A DNA stretch of 42,291 nucleotides from Myxococcota bacterium (GCA_049322255.1 JBMORE010000004.1:1-42291); one strand, 5' to 3'. Counted from the first letter of the stretch, positions 1-9,549 are shown. A program made the numbers and translations. The notes: a model not told the origin generated them from the sequence alone.

Positions 1-124
1 ATACCGCTCGACGAGAAGGCCCGTGGGTCGCTCTCACCTTTCACCGCCGCGGACGCGACTCATGAAGACGCAGCGGTCGACTCCCGCTGTGGACATGGGT
101 GGCATCGCTGTCTACGGTGGGCCG

Positions 125-451
125 ATGAAGATCAATCGAGGGTGGATGCTCCTTCTCGCTTTTGCGGGCTGCGCTGCGCCGATGACGCAGATTCAAGGCG
201 AGAGTGTCTATGAGGAGCGCTGGAACACGGATCAGGCAGAGCTGGTCCGCCGTTCCCAGTTCGATTTCAAATGTGGGCAAACCCCAACGCTGACACTGCT
301 CAAGGTATCGGAAGGCACAGCGACGGCCGTCGGCGTCGATGTCTGCGGGCAAAGAGCGACCTACGTCCGGCAGATAGACGCCTTCCGAAATCCAGGCACG
401 TGGGTGCTGAATGTCAGCGACCCATTCGGTTCTGAGCAGAAACCGAAGTAG
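125..451 (+). CDS. Small uncharacterised lipoprotein
   Basis: ATG at 125 gives MKINRGWMLLLAFAGC (basic N-terminus, hydrophobic stretch, lipobox Cys). Mature part has RSQFDFKC...GVDVCGQRATY with a likely Cys pair. Confidence 0.6.
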   Translation: MKINRGWMLLLAFAGCAAPMTQIQGESVYEERWNTDQAELVRRSQFDFKCGQTPTLTLLKVSEGTATAVGVDVCGQRATYVRQIDAFRNPGTWVLNVSDPFGSEQKPK

Positions 452-492
452 GTAGCTCATGCCGGAGGCTCCCCTCGCGGGTGCGCTCCCTT

Positions 493-912
493 TCACCTCA
501 CAGGGTCAGCTCTCAGAAGCAGCGACTCCTGTTTCAGTCCCGACCACGCTGAGACACGGGGGAAGTCGGAGTCCGCGTGGAGCAGCAACGCGTCTGCAAC
601 GAGAGCGTGCGCGGCAACCAGCGCGTCTGCCGCAGGTAGCGTATGGCCACGTCCGCGGGCCTCCGAGGCGAGTCGTTGGGCTTGTTCCCAGACTGCGCGC
701 GTGCATTCAAGCTCGTCGAGAGAAAGAAAGCGCGCCCGGATCGCCTCGGGATCTTCCCCACGCGAGCGTCCGGCCAAGAGTTCGAGAACGACCAGGGGAC
801 AGATGGCGGCAGAGCCAGCGCTGATGACCTCGACGAGCCTCGATTTGGCGTGAGCGTCGTTCCGGTGGACCGCGAGAATCCACGCGGAGGTGTCAACGAG
901 CACGCGGACCAC
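493..912 (-). CDS. vapC: VapC-type PIN-domain ribonuclease toxin
   Basis: 139 aa with VLVDTSAWI, LELLAG, ADALVAAHA and LLHADSDF, which carry the PIN acidic residues. Overlaps the upstream antitoxin. Confidence 0.9.
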   Translation of the reverse strand: MVRVLVDTSAWILAVHRNDAHAKSRLVEVISAGSAAICPLVVLELLAGRSRGEDPEAIRARFLSLDELECTRAVWEQAQRLASEARGRGHTLPAADALVAAHALVADALLLHADSDFPRVSAWSGLKQESLLLRADPVR

Positions 913-1111
913 GCGGGCGCCTTAGCTCCTCGAGCTTTTCGGGGCTGAGCTTCGTCTTGCCGTGCTGGACCCAGTCGAGCAAATCCTTTCGGCGCGCCTC
1001 GCGGATGAGGGCGGCGAGGGCTCGGTTGATGAGATCACTTTGTGAGTGCGCACCGGCGACCTCCCGCGCGTCGCGGAGCAACCGATCGTCGATGTTGACG
1101 GTGGTTCTCAA
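893..1111 (-). CDS. vapB: VapB antitoxin
   Basis: 72 aa MRTTVNIDDRLL...INRALAALIR ribbon-helix-helix-like pattern. TTG start with AGGTG RBS upstream; lies directly upstream of vapC. Confidence 0.85.
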   Translation of the reverse strand: MRTTVNIDDRLLRDAREVAGAHSQSDLINRALAALIREARRKDLLDWVQHGKTKLSPEKLEELRRPRGPRAR

Positions 1112-1128
1112 ATGGCATCACCTATGCG

Positions 1129-1152
1129 CATCAAAATAGAGCCAATTTGATG
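1129..1152. promoter_or_regulatory. Inverted repeat, probable vapBC autorepression operator
   Basis: CATCAAA-N10-TTTGATG perfect 7-bp inverted repeat in an AT-rich patch about 20-40 nt upstream of the vapB start. Confidence 0.5.
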
Positions 1153-1235
1153 ACAACGCAACCGGGCGTCGGACGGCCTCGGCGCTTCGTGACACTGCCG
1201 TCGTCGGCGTCAGCCCGATCGGCTATGTCGCTCCC

Positions 1236-2597
1236 ATGGCGAAGGCGAAAACACAGTTCACCTGCCAGGCGTGCGGGTACCAAGCGGCGAAGTGGCTGGG
1301 CAAATGCCCCGACTGCGGCGCCTGGGGCTCGCTGGTGGAGGAGACGGTGGAGAGCTCCGAGCGCCGCCCCGCCTGGGGAGCTTCGGGCGGCTCGGCCCAG
1401 CCGGTTTCACTCGCCGAGGTAGGCTCCGGCGAAGACGCGCGCCGCAAGACGGGCATCGCCGAGCTGGACCGGGTGCTGGGCGGCGGCGTGGTCGACGGCT
1501 CCCTGGTGCTCCTGGGCGGAGACCCGGGCATCGGCAAGTCCACCCTGCTCCTCTGCGCGCTCGACCGGCTTTCTCGCGAGCGCGCGGTGCTCTACGTCTC
1601 GGGCGAAGAGTCGCTGCGGCAGACGAAGCTGCGCGCCGAGCGGCTGGGCGTCACCTCCGAGCGGCTGCACCTGTTCGCCGAAACCGACGCGGAGAAAATC
1701 CTCTCTGCCGCCGAGAAGCTTCAGCCGGCAGCGCTGGTGGTCGACTCCATTCAGACCATGTATTTGCCCGAGCTGGGCAGCGCCCCCGGCTCCATCTCCC
1801 AGGTGCGCGAGGTGGCCGGGCGGCTGATGGCTTTCGCCAAGAAAAGCGGGGTGCCCACCTTCCTCGTCGGCCACGTCACCAAGGAGGGCTCCATCGCCGG
1901 CCCCCGAGTGCTCGAGCACATGGTGGACACCGTGCTCTACTTCGAGGGCGAGCGCGGCCACCCTTTCCGCGTCTTGCGCGCGCACAAGAACCGCTTTGGC
2001 TCCACCAACGAAATCGGCGTCTTCGAGATGAAGGCCACCGGGCTTGCTGAGGTGCCCGACCCTTCGGCGCTCTTCCTTGCCGAACGGCCGGTGGGAAAGC
2101 CCGGCTCGGTGGTGACCTCCACCCTCAATGGCACCCGGCCGTTGCTCGTCGAAGTGCAGGCGCTGGTGGCGTCCACCGGCTACGGCACCGCGCGGCGCAC
2201 CGCGATGGGGGTAGACGGCAACCGGGTGGCCCTCCTCGCCGCAGTGCTGGAGAAGAAAGAGGATGTGCAATTGATGGGGTGCGACCTCTTCGTCAACGTC
2301 GCCGGCGGCATGCAGCTGTCCGAGCCGGCGAGCGACCTCGCCGTCTGCGCCGCGCTGGTGTCGTCGCTGCGGAACCAGCCCATCGACCCTCATACCCTGG
2401 TGCTGGGAGAGGTGGGGCTCGCGGGGGAAGTGCGCGCGGTGGCGCAAGTGGAGCCGCGGCTGGCCGAGGCGGCGAAGATGGGATTCACCACCGCGCTCTT
2501 GCCCAAGGGCAGCGCCAAGCGCCTCGAGGAGCGCCGCTTGGAGACCATCGGCGTGGAGACGCTCTCCGAGGCGCTGGAAGCGCTCTTTCGGCGTTGA
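1236..2597 (+). CDS. radA: DNA repair protein RadA/Sms
   Basis: C4 zinc finger (CQAC...CPDC), Walker A GDPGIGKST, KNRFG motif and Lon-like C-terminal domain. Confidence 0.97.
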   Translation: MAKAKTQFTCQACGYQAAKWLGKCPDCGAWGSLVEETVESSERRPAWGASGGSAQPVSLAEVGSGEDARRKTGIAELDRVLGGGVVDGSLVLLGGDPGIGKSTLLLCALDRLSRERAVLYVSGEESLRQTKLRAERLGVTSERLHLFAETDAEKILSAAEKLQPAALVVDSIQTMYLPELGSAPGSISQVREVAGRLMAFAKKSGVPTFLVGHVTKEGSIAGPRVLEHMVDTVLYFEGERGHPFRVLRAHKNRFGSTNEIGVFEMKATGLAEVPDPSALFLAERPVGKPGSVVTSTLNGTRPLLVEVQALVASTGYGTARRTAMGVDGNRVALLAAVLEKKEDVQLMGCDLFVNVAGGMQLSEPASDLAVCAALVSSLRNQPIDPHTLVLGEVGLAGEVRAVAQVEPRLAEAAKMGFTTALLPKGSAKRLEERRLETIGVETLSEALEALFRR

Positions 2598-2692
2598 ACA
2601 AAACTCCCTCGCGAGACTCACACTCGCCTACCTGCCCAGGCACCCGGTGGGCTTCTCGACGGACCAGACAGGGTTTACCTTCGAACCTGCCG

Positions 2693-4000
2693 ATGTCCGC
2701 CAAGCCCGAGCTTCTCTTTCCTTCCGACTTCGTGTTCGGCGTGGCCACCTCCGCGTACCAGGTGGAAGGTCACATCGAAAACGACTGGTCGGAGTGGGAG
2801 CGCGCCGGAAAGCTGAACAAGCCCCATGCGCGCTGCGGCCGGGGGGTCGACCATTGGAACCGCTTCGACGAGGACTTGAAGCTCGCGCACCAAGTGGGGG
2901 CGAAGGCGTTTCGCGTCTCGCTGGAATGGGCGCGCATCGAGCCTGTGCGCGGGCGCTTCGACGAGGAGGCGCTCACCCGCTACCGAGAGCGGCTGGTGAA
3001 AATGCACGACTCGGGCATGCGTCCGGTGGTGACGCTGCACCACTTCACCCACCCCCCCTGGTTCCACCGCGAGACGCCCTGGCATGAACCCGGTTCTCTC
3101 GAGAGCTGGCGCCGTTACGTGAAGGCGTGTGCGCAACTGCTCGCAGGCTTGGACGCGCTCATCATCAGTTTCAACGAGCCGATGGTGCTGGTGCTGGGCG
3201 GGTACCTGCAGGGAGTCATCCCTCCCGGCCTCACCGACGGCCAGAAGTGCGGCGCGGCGCTGGCGAATCTGGCGCGCTGCCACGCCATCGCCCGCGAAGA
3301 GCTGGCGGGGGCGCTGGGCAAGGTGGAGATGGGCATTTCACAGAACATGCTTTCCTTCGCGCCCGACCGCGCGTGGAACCCGTTCGATCGCGCGCTCACC
3401 CACCTCGCCTCGCACAACTACAACCACGCGTTCATCGAGGCGCTGGTGACCGGTCGCTTGCGGCTGTCGATGCCAGGGGTGGTGAGCGCCAAGCTCGACC
3501 TGCCCCAGCTACGCGACTCGACGGAGTTCGTGGGAGTGAACTACTACACCCGCACGCACCTGCGCTTCACGCTGCAGAAGCCCTACGTGCGCTTCACCTA
3601 CCGCGACGTGCACCACCGCGGGCTCACCCACATCGGCTGGGAGGATTACCCCGAAGGCTTCGGCCGGTTGCTCTTGGAGATGAAGCGCTATGGCCTGCCG
3701 GTGTGGATCACCGAGAACGGCATCGACGACCGTCAGGGGGACCGCCGCCCCAGCTACCTCTACTCGCACTGGCGGCAGACCCTCGCCGCGCGCGCCCAGG
3801 GAGTCGACCTGCGCGGCTACCTCTACTGGTCGCTCCTCGACAACTTCGAGTGGTTGGAGGGCTGGGGCCCGCGCTTCGGGCTGTACCAAGTCGACTTCGA
3901 CACCCTCGAGCGCAAGCCGACGCCGGCGTGCGCTTACTTCCGTTCGGTGGCCACCTCCCGGCGGCTCGTCGAACCTGCGCTTGCGCCTTCTCCTTCGTAA
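2693..4000 (+). CDS. Glycoside hydrolase family 1 (beta-glucosidase-like)
   Basis: FVFGVATSAYQVEG, acid/base FNEP, nucleophile ITENG, YWSLLDNFEW and RFGLY. Start moved to ATG 2693 (MSAKPELLFP). Confidence 0.93.
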   Translation: MSAKPELLFPSDFVFGVATSAYQVEGHIENDWSEWERAGKLNKPHARCGRGVDHWNRFDEDLKLAHQVGAKAFRVSLEWARIEPVRGRFDEEALTRYRERLVKMHDSGMRPVVTLHHFTHPPWFHRETPWHEPGSLESWRRYVKACAQLLAGLDALIISFNEPMVLVLGGYLQGVIPPGLTDGQKCGAALANLARCHAIAREELAGALGKVEMGISQNMLSFAPDRAWNPFDRALTHLASHNYNHAFIEALVTGRLRLSMPGVVSAKLDLPQLRDSTEFVGVNYYTRTHLRFTLQKPYVRFTYRDVHHRGLTHIGWEDYPEGFGRLLLEMKRYGLPVWITENGIDDRQGDRRPSYLYSHWRQTLAARAQGVDLRGYLYWSLLDNFEWLEGWGPRFGLYQVDFDTLERKPTPACAYFRSVATSRRLVEPALAPSPS

Positions 4001-4008
4001 GGCCCCTC

Positions 4009-4593
4009 GTGCAGCCGCTCCTTGCGACCGTGACGCTCGATCCACCCACCGCGATGGCGGTGGGGATTCTCTTCGCCCTCGTCTCCACCCGTCTCATCCG
4101 CAAGGAGCCCCGACGCGAGGTCGCACGCACCGCTTGGCTGGGCACCGGCTGGGGCGTGCTCTACGCCTTGTGCGTGGGGCCGATGTTCTTCCTCTACCCT
4201 GACTGGATGCTGACCTACGCCAAGGATGCAGCCACCGTCTCGCTGGTGCCCGCCTACCTCGCCTTTGTCGCCACGTGCGCAGTGAGCGGAGCGGTGGGCG
4301 CGCTGGCGGGTTCTTCGTGTGTCGAGCGTGGATGGATGACGCTCGCTCTCGCCCTGGGAGTAGGCGTGCTCGGCCTCATCGCCGGCATCTTCTGGCTGCA
4401 GTGGGACCAGTACGTGCACATGGGGACGTACGCCGAATACCATTCTCGCACCGCGCCTAGGTTCAGTGAGGTCGGCCGCGCCCAACTGTGGATGAACGTG
4501 GCGGGCGCTGTTTCCAGCCTCGCCGGCATCGGCCTCGTCGTGTGGCGCCTTCTCCAGAGCCGACCCTCTCCCCTTGGGAGAGGGATGGGGTGA
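4009..4593 (+). CDS. Uncharacterised integral membrane protein (about 5 TM)
   Basis: Hydrophobic 3' part of ORF 3127..4593, beginning just after the GH1 stop. Start is GTG 4009 or 4030 (uncertain). Confidence 0.7.
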   Translation: MQPLLATVTLDPPTAMAVGILFALVSTRLIRKEPRREVARTAWLGTGWGVLYALCVGPMFFLYPDWMLTYAKDAATVSLVPAYLAFVATCAVSGAVGALAGSSCVERGWMTLALALGVGVLGLIAGIFWLQWDQYVHMGTYAEYHSRTAPRFSEVGRAQLWMNVAGAVSSLAGIGLVVWRLLQSRPSPLGRGMG

Positions 4594-4629
4594 GGGAACG
4601 TCATCTGCCCCTCTCCCAGACGGAGAGGG
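4564..4629. repeat. REP-like palindromic element (two CCCTCTCC/GGAGAGGG hairpins)
   Basis: CCCTCTCCC-CTT-GGGAGAGGG-ATGGGGTGAGGG (4564-4596) and CCCTCTCC-CAGAC-GGAGAGGG (4609-4629), located between convergent genes. Confidence 0.75.
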
Positions 4630-4631
4630 TT

Positions 4632-6098
4632 TCACACCGCCAGGATGGTCACCGTGGGCGCCAGGCCCTGGTGAGCGAGGTTGAAGTCCCACACCAGCAA
4701 GACGTGCTCGCCCTCTGAGGCCAGCCCCACCTGGCGGGCGAGCTCGCGCGCCATGGTGGCCACGTCCAACAGCCGCGCCGGCTCGACCAGCTCGGGGGTG
4801 ACGCCCCACATCAAGTTGAGCCGCCGGCAGATGCGCGCATCATCGGTCGCCGCCACCACCGGAGCCGCGGGCCGACGGCTGGCCACCTCCCGGGCGGTGC
4901 GGCCGCTTCGGGTGGGCACCACCACCGCGCGCACCTGCACCTCGCGCGACATCAGCGACGCCGCCCGCGCCAGCGCCGCGCCCAGGTTCACTCCTCCGCC
5001 CTCGTGTGCCTCGACGTCGGCGACCAACCCGTGCCGGCCGTGCTTCCACTGGTAGCCCTCCACCAAGCGCAACACCCGGTCCATCGTTCGCACCGCATGC
5101 AGCGGGAAGCGGCCCGCCGCTGTCTCCCCCGAGAGCATCACTGCGTCGGCGCTGGCCATGGCCGCGGCGGCGACGTCGCTCACCTCGGCGCGGGTGGGGT
5201 GAGGGTTGTCGATCATCGACTCCAGCATCTGGGTGGCGACGATGACCGGCCGGCTGGCGTGGACCGCCAGACGCACCAGCTCCTGTTGAATGAGGGGCAC
5301 CTCCTCCACCGCCATCTCCACCCCCAAGTCCCCGCGCGCGACCATGATGCCGTCGGAGGCGAGCACGATGTCGCCGATCCGCTCCAGCGCCTCGGGCTTT
5401 TCGATTTTGGCAATCACCGGCGTGTCCGCGCCTCGAGCGCGCAAGAGCTCCTTGAGCTGGCGCACGTCGTCGCCCTGGCGCACGAAGGAGAGCGCGAGGT
5501 AGTCGACCCCCAGCTGGGCAGCGAAGACAGCGTCGGCGCGGTCTTTGTCGGTGAGCGCGGGCGCCGAGACCGCCACGCCGGGAAGGTTCATTCCTTTGCG
5601 GTCGGAGAGCCTGCCGCCGTGCAAAACCTCGCAGGCGATGTCCTCGCCCGCCACCGCGCGCACCTCGAGCTCGATTTTTCCGTCGTCGAGAAGAATGCGG
5701 TCGCCCACCTTCACGTCGCGCGCCAGCTCGGGGTACTCGGAGGGAATGAGCCCGCTTCTGCCGGTGACCGCGCGCACGGTGACGGTCACTTCGCCGCCGT
5801 CGACGAGCTCGATGCCCCCGCCCTCGAAGCGTCCGACGCGAATTTTGGGGCCGCACAGGTCGGCGAGCACCGCCACCGGGTGGCCGGCTTTGGCCGCCTC
5901 GGCGCGAATCGTCTGGTAGGCGGCTTCATGCGAGGCGTGGGTGCCGTGGGAGAAGTTGAGGCGAAAGACGTTCACCCCCGCGTCGATGAGCGCCGCGAGC
6001 ATCTGGGGCGAGGACGAGGAGGGCCCGACGGTGGCGACAATCTTGGTGCGGCGGCGCTTGAGCGCCACCCGGGTCAAGTCGAGAGCAAGAGCGCGCAC
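4632..6098 (-). CDS. pyk: Pyruvate kinase
   Basis: RRTKIVATVGP, RLNFSHG, IAKIEKPEA, GIMVARGDLGVE, ATQMLESM and DAVMLSGETA. Exact start uncertain. Confidence 0.97.
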   Translation of the reverse strand: MRALALDLTRVALKRRRTKIVATVGPSSSSPQMLAALIDAGVNVFRLNFSHGTHASHEAAYQTIRAEAAKAGHPVAVLADLCGPKIRVGRFEGGGIELVDGGEVTVTVRAVTGRSGLIPSEYPELARDVKVGDRILLDDGKIELEVRAVAGEDIACEVLHGGRLSDRKGMNLPGVAVSAPALTDKDRADAVFAAQLGVDYLALSFVRQGDDVRQLKELLRARGADTPVIAKIEKPEALERIGDIVLASDGIMVARGDLGVEMAVEEVPLIQQELVRLAVHASRPVIVATQMLESMIDNPHPTRAEVSDVAAAAMASADAVMLSGETAAGRFPLHAVRTMDRVLRLVEGYQWKHGRHGLVADVEAHEGGGVNLGAALARAASLMSREVQVRAVVVPTRSGRTAREVASRRPAAPVVAATDDARICRRLNLMWGVTPELVEPARLLDVATMARELARQVGLASEGEHVLLVWDFNLAHQGLAPTVTILAV

Positions 6099-6142
6099 AG
6101 AGCCAAAGCCTAACGCCGGCCATCGCTGGTAGTCTCATCTTC

Positions 6143-7024
6143 ATGCCTAGAATCGACCGGCGCAGTGCTCCCCCACCTTCCGCGGGTGCCCGCAGAAACC
6201 AGGCCGTTTCCCTTCCCGAGGGAAAAAGCGAGCAGTTCTACGACGGAGCGTTCATCGGCGCTGGCAGCAAGGCCTACGCGCGCAGCTTTTCGCCCAAGGA
6301 CATTCCCCCCTTCCGCCCCCGGGGCGGACAGCGAGCCCAGGGAACCATCCTCAGCGTCAACGGTATTCGCACCTCGAAGGAGACACAGGCGAAGGACCTC
6401 CAGGCCCTGGCGGACCGGACGGGCATGGCGGTCATCGGCGTTCACAACGCCACCGCCGGGTTTCTTCCCGACACCCTCCAGTCGGGGCTGGACAAGCTGA
6501 ACCGCTTCCAGGCGCACTGGGGGGACAACTTCGACGTTCTTCTCGGCCGGCTTTTGGGGCACGAGCACCCTTTGACCGCGTGCCAAAAGGTGGACCTCTC
6601 CCAAAACCCCGCGGTGCACACCTTGGCCTCGACGGTTCTGGCCGCGCTCAACCGCGGAGAGCCGGTTCATCTGCTCGGTCACAGCCAGGGAGCCCTGGTC
6701 GTCTCCAGCGCGCTCAGCATCGTCAAGCAGCGCCTCGAGGAGCGGGGGAGAAGCCGCCCCGAGGCGGAAGCGCTGATGGGGAAAATCTCCGTCGAAACCT
6801 TTGGAGGCGCCGCCCACACCTACCCGGACGGGCCGCGCTACGTCCACTACGTCAACGAGCGTGACGGGGTGCCCGGCTTCTTGGGCCTGGGCCTGGTTCC
6901 CTTCCCCGGCAAGAACGCAGTGGTGAAGAAGTTCTCCGATGCCGGCGCGGGCGGCCTGCTCAACTTTCCCTGCCACCAGTTCGAGACGTACCTGGCATAC
7001 CGCGAGCCCTTCCCGCAGCGGTGA
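6143..7024 (+). CDS. Putative alpha/beta-hydrolase (lipase/esterase-like)
   Basis: VHLLGHSQGAL nucleophile elbow, TFGGA, candidate Asp in VNERDGVP and candidate His in CHQF. Confidence 0.7.
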   Translation: MPRIDRRSAPPPSAGARRNQAVSLPEGKSEQFYDGAFIGAGSKAYARSFSPKDIPPFRPRGGQRAQGTILSVNGIRTSKETQAKDLQALADRTGMAVIGVHNATAGFLPDTLQSGLDKLNRFQAHWGDNFDVLLGRLLGHEHPLTACQKVDLSQNPAVHTLASTVLAALNRGEPVHLLGHSQGALVVSSALSIVKQRLEERGRSRPEAEALMGKISVETFGGAAHTYPDGPRYVHYVNERDGVPGFLGLGLVPFPGKNAVVKKFSDAGAGGLLNFPCHQFETYLAYREPFPQR

Positions 7025-7038
7025 CCGCCCGCATCAAC

Positions 7039-9549
7039 TCACGGGGGCGGCAGCCGCAACACCACCCGCTGCCGTTCGCCGGGCTGCAGGGTGAGGTGCT
7101 GAATCAAGGGCGCTCCCTTCTTGCGCCCAACGAACAACGTCACCTGTCCGGAACTGACGCCTTCGAGCTGAAACGACGCTACGCCGTTCACCGACTGGAG
7201 CATCTGGGCCGCCATTCCTTGAATCCGTGATGCCGAAGCCTTGGCGGTCAGGTGCCCCTGCGTCGCGGCGACAACCACCATCTCGTTTCCTGCTCCGAGC
7301 ACCTCGCCCACAAGCGCCGCTAACTCGAACCCGCCGAAATCGAGCCGGCGCTCCTCCCCCGCGGCGAGCGTCACTTTTGCCGCTGTCAAATTCCCTGGTC
7401 CTGCCGCATGTGCCCCAGACAGCAGCAAAATTTCGTGCGAGCCGGCGCTGAAGGGACCCAGGCGGTAATGACCGTCGGCGTCGGTGACCGCGGAGTTGTC
7501 TTCGTCGGGCGCCACCAGAATTGCTCCCGGTTGTGGCACGCCAGAGGAGTACACCGACCCGGTCAGCCAGGCGGGCTCCGCGAAGTGCAGGGTGAACCGG
7601 TTCTCTCCTGGAACGACCTGCATTGGGCAGTTAGCTGTACCGGTGGGCGGGTAGGGAAATCGCGCGGCCACGAAGCACAGTTTGCCGGCCAAAGCGCGGA
7701 ACGACGCTCGACCACCGACGTCGGTGAGCGCCAGCAGCACCGCGCGGTCTTTTTTGATCAACACCCGTACGCTGTCTTCGTTGGTATCCACCGCGTACAC
7801 CCACGCTGGGCTGACCGGCCGCCCGTCGGGCGCGAGCGCGGTCACCTCCACCAGGGGCCCCAGCTCGAGTCGAATGTCGCCCAGCTCCACCAAAGCGCCC
7901 GGAAAAAACGCCACGGACCGTATGGTTTTCTCGTACCCCCTCGCAGAGATCACCAGTGACTCCACCTGGGGTGCAGGCGAGATTCGAAAGCGTCCTTCGG
8001 CGCTGGTCACGTCCTCGGTACCTACCGTAAAACTCGGAATCGGCCGGCCCGCAGGGTCGAGCACCCGCCCGCTCACCCACCAGCTGCGAGCGAGCGGCAA
8101 AAGCACGCCCGTTTCTGAAGGCGCGATGGCAAGCTGGCCCTCTGCGTACCCACTCGCACGGGAAACCAAGTTCCACGAGCGAGACTCGACACCGGTGAAG
8201 CGGAACCGCCCGTCAGTACCAGTAACGACATACTCGAATTCCTCGCCTGCGTCGGTTTTGGAACCCAGGCGAACTTCGGCCCCGTCGATCGGCGAGCCAT
8301 CCTCTTTGTCCACCACGACCCCCTCGACCCGACCAGGCGGGCCGCGGAGCGCGAAGTCCAGCACAAGCCGCTCACCAGTCCTGAGGTCAATCGTCCGCTC
8401 GGGGTTGCCGAAGCGCCCCTTCACCTTCACTCGCACCTGGTATTGACCGGGCACCAACCCCTCGAGAACGTATTGGCCATCCGGGCCGGTCTCCCCCGAA
8501 ATCTTTGGTCGATCCATTGGCGCCGGCTGGACCGTTTCGGCGCTTGCCACCACTTTGGCCTCCGCGACGGGCTGACCAGCCTCGTCGAGCACCCTCCCCT
8601 CCACCGCCGCGCCCAGCTCGAGCTGCACCACCACCTCGCTGCTGGATGCCAACGAGGGCGCCCAACCGGGGGCGTAGCCGTCGAGGTGGGCGTCGACGCG
8701 GTACGCGCGGGCGTGTAGTCCCGCCAGCACGAACTCTCCCGACGGGCCGCTGGTCGCCCTCGCCTCGACGTTCTCCCGAGTGCCTTTGGCAGAGAGCCGG
8801 CGCGCGGTCACCTCTGCGCCGGGGAGGCCTTCTCCGCGAGAGTCCACCACCCGCCCGCGCAGGGACAGCGCTGGTTCGAGCACCAGTTCGAGCTCTCGTG
8901 TCTCTCCCTCCGCGAGGTACGTCGTGAAATGACTGGAGACAAAGCCCCTCGCCGCAGCAACCAGCCGGATTTCCCCCTCAGGCAAACCATCGAGCACCAA
9001 CCGGCCGTCATCGTCCGCGGTGGCAGACCGGGCTCCCTCGTCCACCGTGACGCTGGCTCCGGGAACTGGCTGGCGCTCCTCGTGCGTCAGCACTCGAACT
9101 CTCAGGACCCCGCCGGTGGCGAGGTGGAGTATCAATTCGCTACTCGGCGGCTCATGCGCGCTCAGCCGCACCAGACGAGAGACACGCGTTCCCTTTCGGG
9201 CATGCACTTTCACCCAGTCGGAGTCCGCGGGAAGAGCGAGGCGAAAACGGCCATCGGCACCGGTGACCTCCACCTTCCCGCCACCCACCACCTCGGCGGC
9301 GTCCACTCCGAATTCTCCGTCGAGCACTCGACCGCGAACGACGACCGCTTCAGTTCCCGCATCTCCGAGGTGCTGGGGGCCCGGCCGCGCTGCCCCTTGG
9401 CGGGTGCGCTGCGGCGCTTGCCATTCTGTGAACGACACGGGCTGCCCCAGGCCGGAGCGGGCGTCAGTCAGGGCTCGGTGCGCCCTCCAGGCGCCAGCCA
9501 AGGCCCCAGCGAGGAGGAGCAACGCAGCGAATGGCACCCAACGGCGCAT
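7039..9549 (-). CDS. Membrane-anchored protein with tandem carboxypeptidase-regulatory-like (prealbumin-fold) domains
   Basis: N-terminal TM/signal followed by repeated GRV(L/V)D..G.P(V/I)..A.V...T..DG.(F/Y).L..L..G.Y units. Confidence 0.8.
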   Translation of the reverse strand: MRRWVPFAALLLLAGALAGAWRAHRALTDARSGLGQPVSFTEWQAPQRTRQGAARPGPQHLGDAGTEAVVVRGRVLDGEFGVDAAEVVGGGKVEVTGADGRFRLALPADSDWVKVHARKGTRVSRLVRLSAHEPPSSELILHLATGGVLRVRVLTHEERQPVPGASVTVDEGARSATADDDGRLVLDGLPEGEIRLVAAARGFVSSHFTTYLAEGETRELELVLEPALSLRGRVVDSRGEGLPGAEVTARRLSAKGTRENVEARATSGPSGEFVLAGLHARAYRVDAHLDGYAPGWAPSLASSSEVVVQLELGAAVEGRVLDEAGQPVAEAKVVASAETVQPAPMDRPKISGETGPDGQYVLEGLVPGQYQVRVKVKGRFGNPERTIDLRTGERLVLDFALRGPPGRVEGVVVDKEDGSPIDGAEVRLGSKTDAGEEFEYVVTGTDGRFRFTGVESRSWNLVSRASGYAEGQLAIAPSETGVLLPLARSWWVSGRVLDPAGRPIPSFTVGTEDVTSAEGRFRISPAPQVESLVISARGYEKTIRSVAFFPGALVELGDIRLELGPLVEVTALAPDGRPVSPAWVYAVDTNEDSVRVLIKKDRAVLLALTDVGGRASFRALAGKLCFVAARFPYPPTGTANCPMQVVPGENRFTLHFAEPAWLTGSVYSSGVPQPGAILVAPDEDNSAVTDADGHYRLGPFSAGSHEILLLSGAHAAGPGNLTAAKVTLAAGEERRLDFGGFELAALVGEVLGAGNEMVVVAATQGHLTAKASASRIQGMAAQMLQSVNGVASFQLEGVSSGQVTLFVGRKKGAPLIQHLTLQPGERQRVVLRLPPP

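Noticed and set aside
2279..2692. N-terminal extensions given by the ORF track for GH1 (likewise uraD, uraH, the Fe-S subunit, queF and the permease)
   Set aside because: They overlap upstream genes; internal starts match family N-termini and stop/start overlaps.
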